Shown piece after piece: positions 12,401-24,400 of a stretch of DNA of 64,000 nucleotides (its first letter is position 1; the number at the start of each line of letters is the position of its first letter). The notes beneath the pieces were generated by a model that did no database searches, was not told where the DNA came from, and saw only the letters and a program-made list of their open reading frames with translations. A program made the position numbers and the translations under genes. The DNA comes from Phallusia mammillata (Eukaryota): positions 7,130,001 through 7,194,000 of the forward strand of contig OZ281501.1 of NCBI GenBank assembly GCA_965637545.1. Reading direction: 5' to 3'.

Positions 12401-15400
12401 AGAAATGGTCCCTTTGTAAGCTTCAGCCAAGGTACTTGTACAATCTAATCCCCCCTTGCTGTGCCTAAATGCGACAGCCATTATTGAAACCGAAAGAAAT
12501 GTTGTTATTGTTTAATCTCCCGTTATAAGTCGTAACAACTTATCTTATAGTACTGTTTATTACATTTGGTTAGATAATAAATGGAAACCAAGCTATTTAC
12601 ATATAAATTACTGTGCAACTGCAATGATTTATTTTGATATTATGTTCAGGGCAAATCTGAGGATCTAGAAACCCTCGTAAAAACAGCGAACGAATTGCTT
12701 GATGTTGGAGTGAGCAAACCGGCCGAGGTTCGTGATCGGGCAAACGAAATTAAGGAGACCTGGTCAAGTTTGAATTGCAAAGTTTCACAGCGAATTAAGC
12801 TCGCTAACAATTTTGTGGAATTCCTAAATTCAGCTGACAAGGTAAAGGTCTTTAAATTAATTCGAAAACGGCTGTAAAACATTTATACTTCCAAAAAGTT
12901 TAGTGGCTAATTGTTTTTTATATTTAGTAATCATTTTGTAGTACAATACGCAATTATCGAATTTAAACATTCGTATTTTTTGATATAAAACATTTAAACG
13001 TTTTAAACTATTTGAGCTATTGGCCTATTGGCCTTTTGACATCGTCGAGCGAAGTAACTGTTTATGTTGGTTTTATATACCCGATCAGAAGTCAATTTTA
13101 AAGCGTCAGATCATTTTTGCAATTTACAAACAACAGCCATAAATCTTTTCACATAAACTGATAAGAAATTAATAATTTATCACCCCACAAAAGATGTTAG
13201 ACCTAATTTATGGACCATTGAACCACTAACCCGAAATCGGATTTTTTTGTCTTGGGAAACGCATTTTGGAAACACTATTTTACCGTTTAGGCGTACGAAG
13301 AAATGGAGGTGGTCCGGGGAAAAGTTTGGGAAAGGAAGCAATGTAAAATCGTGGACGTTGCGCCACAGGTTTTGAAAGAATGCGAAAACTTAGTGAAATC
13401 TGTCCAGGATTCATGCTCAGCTCTGAACGACCAAGGATATTCAACAAATGCCCAGCTAAAGGAAGGTATCTCAGGTAACAACTTATTCATTATATTTTTA
13501 CATATTTAGTATAATATCAAATACAGAAAACCTAGCTTAGTCCGCACCCGTTTTGACCCAAAAATGTCCATATCAGGCGAAGACCTGGATTAACCGATAT
13601 ACCAGAAAAGTAAATCTTTCTTCAGTAGTTTAGCATTTATGGGCTTAAACCTTGAACAGGTGGTATGTATTTAGCTCTTATGAAACAGCAGTGTTTCCCT
13701 TTCAGGCGACTCGTTTGATATAACGGGTGCAGTGGAAAAAGTTTCCGAAACACTGCGCAACGTTCATCGGAAGAAAAGCGAGCTGATGGACGTGTGGTTG
13801 TCATGGAGGTATAAATCTGGAGTGAGTATCGAAACTGATGTCCAGTGGAAGCAAACTGAAAAGACAATCAACAGAGTAAGTGCTTGTTTCCATTCTGTTT
13901 TATTTGTTTGCAAATTAATCAAGTTACCGAGTTTTTGTGCTAGAGACGAGACGAGGTAAAACTTTAAAACTTTTACCAAAATACAATTTAAATATGTGTC
14001 TAAACGTAATGCCAATACAACTCTATTAGCTTTTAAACACCAATTTTTTTAAGTCAACTTATTAAACAATTGGAAAAAAGTAATGGTTATACTTGCTTAT
14101 GCCGCTTATGAGATGGTTAAACTTGCTAGAGACGAGACGAGGCAAAATTTAAAGTGTTACCAAAACACACTTCAAGTTTGTGTCCAAACGTAATGTCAAG
14201 ACAATTCTATTATCTTTTAAACACCAAAAATGACTTTTTTGGAGTCAACTTATTAAATAACTGAAAAAAGAATTAAACCTCCCCAAATTTGATAACTGTG
14301 GCTTGAAAGCAACATCACATTTCTTTACATTTGTGCATCTGTAGCATTTCCCCATACTGTCGCAATTTAAGTAAGATCTTTTGTCGTATTTGATTTTATT
14401 TCTTTACTCAATTGTATAGGACAGTGGACACATATATAGACGTTTCAAACTTCAAAATTCTGCCCAACACTTTAAAATTTTACCCATTTTAAAATACATG
14501 TGGATTATTTTTTTAGCTAATGGCTTCGCTGGAAAATCTCGAGCAATCGGTTTTCATAAACGAAATGGTTTTGCTCGGAGAAGACGTGGAGTCAAATCAG
14601 GAGTTGTTGGAATCTCTCAAAGATAGACAAACTCTGCTTCAATCCATTCACGGAGAAATAGAGAAAACTGTGGCGGTAAAGTTAAAACAATGTGTAATTT
14701 TTTTAGTACTATATAACTTTATTAACTTATTCAAAAACATTTTGAGCGCTTATAGGGAAAAAAGTATTTGCTACATATTATGGATTTTTTTAATAATGTT
14801 GTTATTTATAACTAATTACCAAAAAATCCTGGGCACTTTTAGGGAGAAGTAATTAAGTAACTTACTACATTTTCGTATGATGGAGACTCGGTAGTGTTTT
14901 TAATTTAATTTTAGTGTTTTATCAATTTATTATTAATTAAGTTCATTTTTTACTTTGCAGCATTGTGAGATGATTGGTCTGCGAATTTCACAATTCACTT
15001 GCATTGATAAATCTCCTGAGAAAGGATTTGGAGAAGAAGATATGGAAGAGCAAGATCCGATCAGAAGAAGGATCACGGCTCTTCTCACTAGATATCAAAT
15101 GCTTAACACCAGAATGAAACATTATAAAACAGCTCTCACCGCAGCAGGGTGTTGCCACGAAATGATTGTACAGGTAAAAAAATGCATTTTTACATGATAG
15201 AGCAACGATTATGAATCAGTTAAAGTACGCCAAGCTTATCAAAGGCGCTATGCCGAGTCAAGCAGGTCTCCAAAGCATTCCTATGTCGCATAGCATTAGA
15301 TAGACAACCTAGCCTGCGGTGGGATTCGAACTCACGGCGGGAGCCTTTCCAGGGCTCCACCTATTGAGCTACACAGGCTATCGCTGGTCTGTTTTCACTC

Positions 15401-18400
15401 TTCAGGGCTGATCCCAGTTATGAATGTATGTTCATCTTAGTGAACATGAATAAGATTTAAATTGGTTGAATTTTTAATGCGAACCTGTAAACGCAATCAT
15501 AAAAGACAATTGGACAAAAAAACTTCCATACAGTATTAATGTTTTGTTTATCAGGCTAGTTCAGGGGTCGGCAACCTTTTTTCTACTGCGGACCGTTTTT
15601 AAAACTGAAATTTTTATCGCGGACCGGCCTTCAAAAAACTACAAATATTTAGCATTAAAAACGCATAAATTAGTTTATCATTCCCGGGATACATGGGCAA
15701 AATGTTTTAAAGCTTTTAACCTGAAAAATTATATGTACCGGTAACAAACTCATCGCGGACCGGCGGTAGCCGACCACTGGGCTAGTTGACAAACAATTCA
15801 AAAATTTACAGTAGGTCATTTGATCAATAAAAGAGAATTATTATGAAATTAATAAATGTAGATAAATAACAAGCTTTGTATCCTTTATTCTAAGTTTATT
15901 TTATTCTAATGATTTGTTTCATAGGTAGACCGAAAGTGCCCTTTACCGATAGTATGTTATGACTTTGCAGCTTCGTGAGGCCATTCAAGAATCTGAGAAA
16001 GAATTGATGAGTAAAGATTCTTTGCGTGACGTGGCAGATATGCCGAGCAGTCCCAAGAAGGAAAGCTTCGTCATGGTTTTATTGCGCAGCCACAGTCGGC
16101 TCAAGTCACAAGTCGATGAGCTCATGAATGCAGTGACGTCACGCAATTACGAAGTTCACCAAATCATAAACAGATATGAGTTAGGCCAAGTAAGTTTATG
16201 CAAAAATAATCACATAAATCTATGATTTTTTTATTAATTTATCGATTTAAAAAATATTGAAAAAACATTAAGCCATTCGTCCTTAAGAGATTTTATTTTA
16301 ATAAAATACGGATAGAAATATATCTCGAAAAAAGAAGTGACAATAGACATAAGGTTCATTATAGTCTTCGTCCACCAAGCAATGAGCTTTGTGATTCTAT
16401 TTTAAAGTTTGAATTAAAAGTATTGGAAGTTTGTTATATTTTTTTGTTTACAACAATTTGTAGATACAGAATATTTTAAACGTGTGCTTCAATCATTTTC
16501 TTGAAGCCTCAGTTAAGTCAGGGGCAAAAAACGTTGGATGATATCACGATGGAGGTGTCGGTTTTCTACTCGCACTGGAAACAACTCTGGCACAACTACC
16601 AGGATATGTTGGAAGCGCAGCAGATCAGTGCCTGGTTTACTCAAGGATATAAAACGGTAGGAAGTGCTAGCCGGTTAACAAACGGTCTCCACTCAATCAA
16701 GTGAAGCCAAGTGTGCAAATTTGAATATAGAAAAGCTAATTTAGGATGCAATTCATTTATAACAGGGGTTCCCAACCTGTGGTACGCGTACCACTAGTGG
16801 TACGCGAAGGGTTTTCAGGTGGTACGCGAGTAGCTTCCGTTTTGTTCACAAAAACCTCAATTTGCAACTTTATATTTTGTTTGTCTGGTTTTGTTTACAA
16901 AAAAACAGTCCCCAGGCCTATTGTCATTGTTACGTAACTATTCCTGTTGTTTCGTATCATTACGATCTTCAAAATACAGGTCATGTCAATTCTCAACAAA
17001 AAGCATAGTTGCTACTTGCTATGAAAAGCCGAACAACGCTGCGGCACAGTGGGCGTTAATTATGTCAAATGATTGCTCTTGATAGATATATCTACTGATT
17101 TGGTGCTTAAGATAGCGTTGAATGAAATATGATTCAAACAAATTAGTTGTTCTGCAAGAAGTGGTACCATAGAGCACATTAGTGCTCTATGGTGGTACGC
17201 GTGGCAGTGCAGAGCGTCCAGGTGGTACGGGATCGTCAAAAGGTTGGGAACCCCTGATTTATAAGAACAGAACATTGCCCCATTGTTACATTAAATTTCA
17301 CATTATACGTTTATCACGAGAAACGAAAGCTTTTAGTCAAGGACCATAACAATATATTTTTGGTAGTTATTATATATTTCCATAGTATGTGAAGTGCAAA
17401 AAGTAGCAAATTCGAAATAAGAACGTTTCTCTTCTAACAGCACCGAAGAGCAATTCAAAACTTCGTGCGTCGTCTTGAAGAGCTCGACAATCATCTCTCC
17501 TCATGTAAAGTGAAAAGCAGAGCTGTGATGCTACATGAAGAAGCCGAACAATTGCTCCACGATATCAACGTAAGTATTGTAGCGTACATATATAATCCAT
17601 TGAGTATACTTGATTTGCATTGCAAAACAATAACTAGTTAAGTGAGTAATATTTATTTCACAATGGTTGCAAAAACATATTGACATTACAAACAAGCTTT
17701 TTGTAATACAAGTTTCCAGAAGTAATGTCCTACAAAACTAGGTGAAAAATATGTTTTCAAAATTCGGGTGCTTCCACAAGTTTTAGCAAAAAAATTAGGT
17801 GGTGTATTTAGCACATGATATAGGTCGATTTTTCGCTTTTTAACAGACATACACACTGGTTGTTGTTTTAAGGTTCTTAAAATATATCATGCGGATCTAC
17901 TTTTCAGAACTCAAAACAGGATTGGGATGAATTTATTTCTTCTTCGAAAGAACGTCTCAAAAAGGATAATCCACGATTTGCTAAGACTAAAACAGAGATT
18001 GAAGAGATCGAAAGGGACATAACACAAACTTCTGGAAGAGCAAGAAAAACTATCGGGTCGGCTAAAACCATGACAAAATTTTATTCCCTCACTGAAGAGG
18101 TATACATTTGGATTTTGTTTTTGGTGTTTGTTGCAATTTGAAAATATTTATTTTCGTAGTGTGAAGCATGGAATAATGATTTGAAGAGAATGATTAAAAG
18201 TATAAAGGATAAATCTTCATCTATTCGGTAAGTTCGAATTTTTATTTCAATTTCAATCTTACCTTTTGTATTATGCCCAGTGATGGAATCAAACAGATTT
18301 TGTGAGGAATCACTTTTAAGCATGTGACTCCAAACAAACAGTAGTGACATATTGTTACCTTACTCTATCTCAGTGGTTCCCAATCGTTTTTGACGAATTC

Positions 18401-21400
18401 CTCTCTCACCATTAAAAAAATCACTCCTATATAATATACTACGTATAGTAGGCCTACTACGTAACCATACAAAGATCATTTTAAAATGATTAATTGTTTT
18501 ATCAACTTCACAGGTTAAATTCGCGGAGCTTCAGTGTATGTGTATATTAACAAATGTAAAAATTAAAGAAAATTCCTCTTTTCAAGTTTAAACACTCCTT
18601 CGGAGCAATTCCTCCCCGTTTGGAACCACTGCTCTAGCCTATGCGGTGACCTCCACTAATAAGACCCCTTTGTTGAGTATACACCATCTTCTATTAAAAA
18701 ACAGAACGTCGGATGAGGTGAACGACCTTGTTAATCTCTTTGGAAAGAAAGTTCTCGAACGTCTGGAGGAGCAAACTGACAGGACTCAGAAGTTTGCTTC
18801 CATTATCGTGGAAGCGGAGGAGAGGGACGAAGAGAATAAAAAGGGCACAGGGGAACAAATAAGAGCGCATCCGTTTAGGAAGATGATGAAGAAGAAACAA
18901 AGTGATATATTGGATTCCGTCAAAAACTTGAGGTTTGGCGCTGATCACATCTGTTAATATTCCTGTATGGTTGCACACGTGAAAAGGTCTGGCAGTCATT
19001 AGGCATCAAAACCAATTAGTATACCGAACCATGTGGCGCTACCGCTGACTATAAATTCTGACTGGGAAAACTTCCGACGAACAACGGTTTACTGTATTAA
19101 ATTTCTCTATTTCGAAAAGTGGATTTGTTTGCAAAACAAAGCTCGTATTAGGCCCTCTAATTTGCAGCACAAATAATGATGACTTAGAACTCTGGTTTGT
19201 GTGCAGCAAATTCTGTGCTTTATTAATTTGTCAAATCCAATCTTTCACCCAGGTCTGAAGTAGACAATCTTCATAGTCTGCTTGAAGGAGTAAAGAACAA
19301 TGTTCGCCGACCAGAGGCAGACTCTTCTTTACCCGAAGAGCCAGTAAGAAAGATAGAGCCTTACGACTTATCGGTCTTACTTGATGAAAACCTTCAGGCC
19401 TCATCGCCACAAGACAAAGACACTTCCGCTGAAGTTCATGAGCAACCTGTTAACGATCTCCCGCCACCCCCTGATTCCAGGACACTAGATATGCTGAAAG
19501 GTATGTAAGGTTGACACACTACGATACTGGCATGTAATGAAAAACAGAACTTGGTCTAGACTAGGGTTGCCATACGTCAGGATTTTCCCTGACATGTCAG
19601 GGAATTAAGTGTTTAAATCTGCGTCAGGGAGAAATGTTAAAATGTACTCAAAAGTCAGGAATTTAAGAAAAAAAATATAGATATACCATGAAATTAATGT
19701 TCCAACGAAGTTTCTAGTAGTTAGCTACAACCGCGTGTATACCATGAAACTTAAAGAGGTAAACTGGCGACGGGCAGGTTAACGTACAAGGTTACTGTTT
19801 CGTTTTGCAGTGTGTATGCACGCGTAACAATACCTGTTTGTTATTAGCAGAGATGTACCGAATATTCGGTTCTGCCGTTTAATTTATTCGGCCGAATCGG
19901 TCATTTTTGCAAAGATTCAGTTTCGGCCGATTAATTTGTTGCGATTCGGCCGAAACCGAATCTTTTACGAACACAAATTTAAAGCGTTAAACGTGTCTTT
20001 TCTGCTTATTAAGGTATCACGCAATCTTTCAAAAGCCAAAACCTAACGAAAATCGCGTCAATTTGTATCTTTTTCAACACATTATCGTTTTTCCCACTGT
20101 AGTCAATTTTTTTTAATTGATTGACAGTTTGCCAATCATGCTTGAGGCAATTTTAAACCCCACAGAACTGAAATAAGGACGAAACACAACTATCCTGCAC
20201 TAATTGCCTGGTAGATAAACATTTTTTCATGTCAAACGCGTAGCGTACGACTTCGCATGACGCCATAAATGATTCGGTTGATTCGGCCGAATTTATTCGT
20301 CAAAACCGCCGAATATTCGGTTGCGGCCGAATCGAAATTTAGCCGATTCGGTACATCACTAGTTATTAGTTGACTGACAACACGCGTTAAATACACAAAT
20401 AAAAAATTCATTTGCTTTAACTGTGTACCTAATATGCAAGAAACTAACTAACAACGAAAAGTCGAATGTCTTGTGACATAAAAACATTTTTTCAATGGCA
20501 TTTTATTTTAAATTTAAAAAGGTCGTTTGTGACTCCCATTGTTTTTTTTAGTTCTGTGTGAAATCCGAATGGTTTTAGAGTGGTACAGGTTGGCGACCCC
20601 TGATATATGTGCTTATTGTTTCAAGGATAGTAAGAGTAGTGAGCTTAGCCTAATAAACTTAACTAAACAGAAGCCTACGCACAAAGTTAATTGACAAGGA
20701 TCAGAGTATCGTATCTAACGTTTTCTCGTGTCGCCGTCCATGTGACTTCCGAATATTCTAAATTTATTCCGGAATAGAAGTGTTTGGATCGCAAAAATGG
20801 TTAACGCAGCGGTTCTTAAACTGCGGGGGTCCGCGGTCCTTTAGGGCATTTTGCTGGGACCGCGAAAAGGTGGAAGTAATCCTATATTCTTATTTGGCCT
20901 CAGTTTGTGCAACTAAATAAGTTTAAATCAAAGTGAAAGTGAGAATCGACCGTTTCCATTGCTAAACAATAGGCTTTATTGCATGACAACTAACAAAAAT
21001 GCAAAAATTTTGCATAACTAGCTAAAATCCTGCAATCAACTTTTGTTTTTCTGACATACACATTCAGACTTAAAAGTTTGCGAAAAACTGGGTTAACGCA
21101 ACCGAGATAAATTTTGTCAGGGATTGTGTATCATAAAATATGGCAACCCTAGTCTAAAACTACTAAAATGTCGAATCACTTTAAGTCTGCGTACTGTAGG
21201 TCTAAGTCAAGTCTGTGTACTGTAATTATTTCCGTGTTTAATATAAAGTGGAGTCTTTCGCAGTGTCTCGAGTCAATTTCAAATTAGTACATTAGTACAC
21301 AAAATTGATTAAAACTCGACCACTTAAACCGATTAAGTAAAAAATCTTTGAAAATACCCGGATTTCACGAAAATGGGTTGTTAGAAAACAGTAATTTGCT

Positions 21401-24400
21401 TCGTGAGATTTCTCCGATATTTTGATAATGTGTGCCATTTATTCTAACAAAAAGGGGTGTGTTTCGTACACACATGTTAAAATCAAAATCTTTCTTTGGG
21501 ATTGCAGCAGTTTGCTCTTTTAATGGACGTTAAATAGAATAAATTTGAATGCGCAAACTAGCTAATAAAAATTTTTGTTGTATATATGAGAGATTTATGT
21601 ACTACGATCTATTGACCAACTGGCTTCTCACGTAGTTCCAGAAACTCGCGAAAAACCCAAACCTGATTACCAGTGCAGTCCAACTCCGAAAACCGATACG
21701 AGTTCATCGTCGATGTCCTTGTCGTCAGCATCAGAAGAGTATTTCCTCGAGTCAAACTACTCTGACAGTGACATTGCTGCTGGAAACGAGCGAGTCCTAA
21801 CGGGTAAAAAACAGGCGCTTTGTAGTTATTACCCCAAAAAGTCTTTCCCTAACTGCAACCGTTTATTTTCAACTGTAACATAATTTTGCTAATTAAAACA
21901 ATGAGAGTGGATGTAAACAAGTCGTTTTTTTTCTAATTAACTTTGCTATCAACTAAAAGTTATATATTTTAAGCTATCAATGCATTTTGAGTAGCAGAAA
22001 CAACTATGATTTAAACCTCCAAGCAAAATTATGCATGAGCAAACTGTACTGTATGGTAATCAATTTTTTAAAAAAAGTTTTATCAATAATTACACAGTGT
22101 ACGGTATTAAAAAAAATCTAAATAATTCCAGCACGTAAAGCTGATGCGCCGACAATCACAGACGACGATCAAAACACGCCACCATCTTCTGCAAAATCCA
22201 CATCACACGACCGGACGCCTTCAACATCATCATTCACAACCAACAGCAGGGGTCAGACGCCTCCACCTAAACCGGCCCGCCAAGGTCGATCGGCCCGGCA
22301 GCGACGGCGAAGGTTTTGGGAAAAGGAGTTGGACCAGTATGCGGCATCGTGGATTGCTGACCGTGAGCGCCCCAAGCCTAAAGCAGTTGGTTCTGAGGGG
22401 GCGTCCACAGGTTCAACTGACGAAAGCGAAAAGGTATATTACCGGTTTGCCTGAAGAGGCTAATCGTCCACCGCGTGTTCCAGCACTGTATCTACTAACT
22501 TCACGTGACATTGACATCACCAAAGTGTGTGAAGCCACTTATTAACGACAATAATCTATTGCATTATTGACACCATTGACTCTTGCCGTTGCCTTTCACA
22601 CTCTATCGTTCCAGTCGGTGATATTTTATAGTATTTTTTACGGTGGCAGGTTTTGTAGGGTGATAAATTGCCAAATGTTTGTTCAAGATTAACGTAGAAT
22701 ATCATCTAGCATAATATACCCAACAAAACGTGTTGGTAACTGTAATCTGTACAGTGGCGTGCTTATCATACAGTTACATTGCAAACATTTCTACCCCAGA
22801 AACTGAAGGTTGCCTAAAGTTCAACCCTATCCTGATAACACATAACTAGTTTGCCAAATGTTTTGATATTTTTTGCCCCTTTTCAGCAATTCAGTGTTTG
22901 GCGATTAGACCAAGGTTTTCTTAATTCTATTGAAGCGAATTTTTTGTCGATATTTCGTCAGTTTTCGTTTTTCACTAACTCATGCATGAATCACAACAAA
23001 CTAAATCGCATTTGTTTGAACACACTTTACGACTGTTTTGCGTTATCTTGCCACGAAAGCCACGAGTTTTGGATTGCTCTCCCATTTTTTTCACTGCTTT
23101 TACGAGTATGCTTTCACTGTGCAAAATAATACCCGGTTGTGTTTTTTTGTTACTTCATCTATTTATATTGTTCACCATTAAATCATTTTCACCATACAAC
23201 ATTTGTAGCGTAGTATTAACGTGGAGGGTTTAGAAAAAATATGAGAATAAGCAGACGGGCTGTAGCTGATAGGACATAGACTCAGCTAGAATGAAGTTCT
23301 GTAGCAGATGAAACGACGTTTCATCTGATTGTTAACAAATAGTTGTGAGGTTTATGTAAGAGGTGAATAGAAAAATGTTTTAGAATTTAAGCAAATTTAA
23401 ACACTTAGTGAGGTACGTTTAACTGTTTGCAAGGAACTATAAGTTGTTACCGTAAAATGAAAAAACTGTGTTTTCCGTCGATGTTTAGAAGTTTTTGGAA
23501 GAACTAACCAGGGGTCGTCAACCTTTACCGCTCTTCGGAGCCGTTCGGACTAAAACAACGCTGGGAACCACAAAGCCGTTTTGAAATTTGAAATGAAATG
23601 CCACTGCAAAAACGTTTTTGTCTCACGACTTTCGACATTTAGTTGTTAGTTAGTTACTTGCATATAAGGTACACTTGACAAATCAGTCTTGTCACATAGC
23701 ATTAATAATCGTCACGGAATGTGCTATCAAAACATTTGGTAATTTCAAAGACTGAGCCGCTTTAGACTTAGAGGGATCAAAGAGGCCCATGCGGCTCCGA
23801 AGCCGCGGGTTGGCGACCCCCCTGATCTAAACAAATAATGAAAAACATCAGAAAATAGCTAATGAGCCACTAAATTTAAATGAATTTTCAGATGTCGCGC
23901 AACATTCCTGTGACAAAGGCGCCACAATCGAGTTTACAACATCCAATAAACCAAAGTACAAATTCTGCATTTCATCGGTAAGTTTACAGCACACGGGACA
24001 CCCCATCATTGTAAAGTTATTTTGAACATGAATTTATGTGTTGTAGATTTCAAAACAAGCAACAAAAAGATTCTCCAAGTATAAACAAGGTGTCTGAATC
24101 AAAAAGTTTGATTTGTCCATCGCCTTGCGACACCGATGGACTTCTGGAAGCCGACGCATTGACTGGAATCATACCGGACCTAAACGACCCGGATAAATTG
24201 GAATATACTGTCCCGGATCAATTGCATAAAGCTCAATCAGAAAAGTTGGAGTCTGCAGGTGCCAGTTTTTACCAAAATGACTCCAAAGGGGGTGTTCACA
24301 AACGCCCCAAAACCACTGGCAACATTGGATGGGAAAGCTACGGAACAGAAACATTCACAGTCAAGCAGGATGTGAACGTGGAACAATATCGTTTAGTAAA

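Larger units (their letters stand above)
19562..21151. mobile_element. Non-autonomous hAT element hosting nested insertions
   Basis: TIRs TAGGGTTGCCATA / TATGGCAACCCTA; flanks gtctagac / gtctaaaa (6/8). Confidence 0.8.

Noticed and set aside
15308-15378. Functional tRNA gene
   Set aside because: The anticodon arm cannot be formed, and the head is attached to a body shared with other copies, so a SINE is the better call.
19848-20361. CRISPR-like or operator-like repeats (TTCGGCCGAA)
   Set aside because: Irregular spacing inside TIRs with an 8-bp TSD marks them as hAT subterminal repeats; the context is eukaryotic with no cas genes.
22144-22545. 133-aa ORF from the track (also 7215-7445 and 31305-31553)
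   Set aside because: Wrong frames over real exons; splice phases and homology select a different frame.
23305-23327. Perfect hairpin CAGATGAAACG-A-CGTTTCATCTG resembling hammerhead words
   Set aside because: No CUGANGA core and no three-stem topology; an isolated palindrome.
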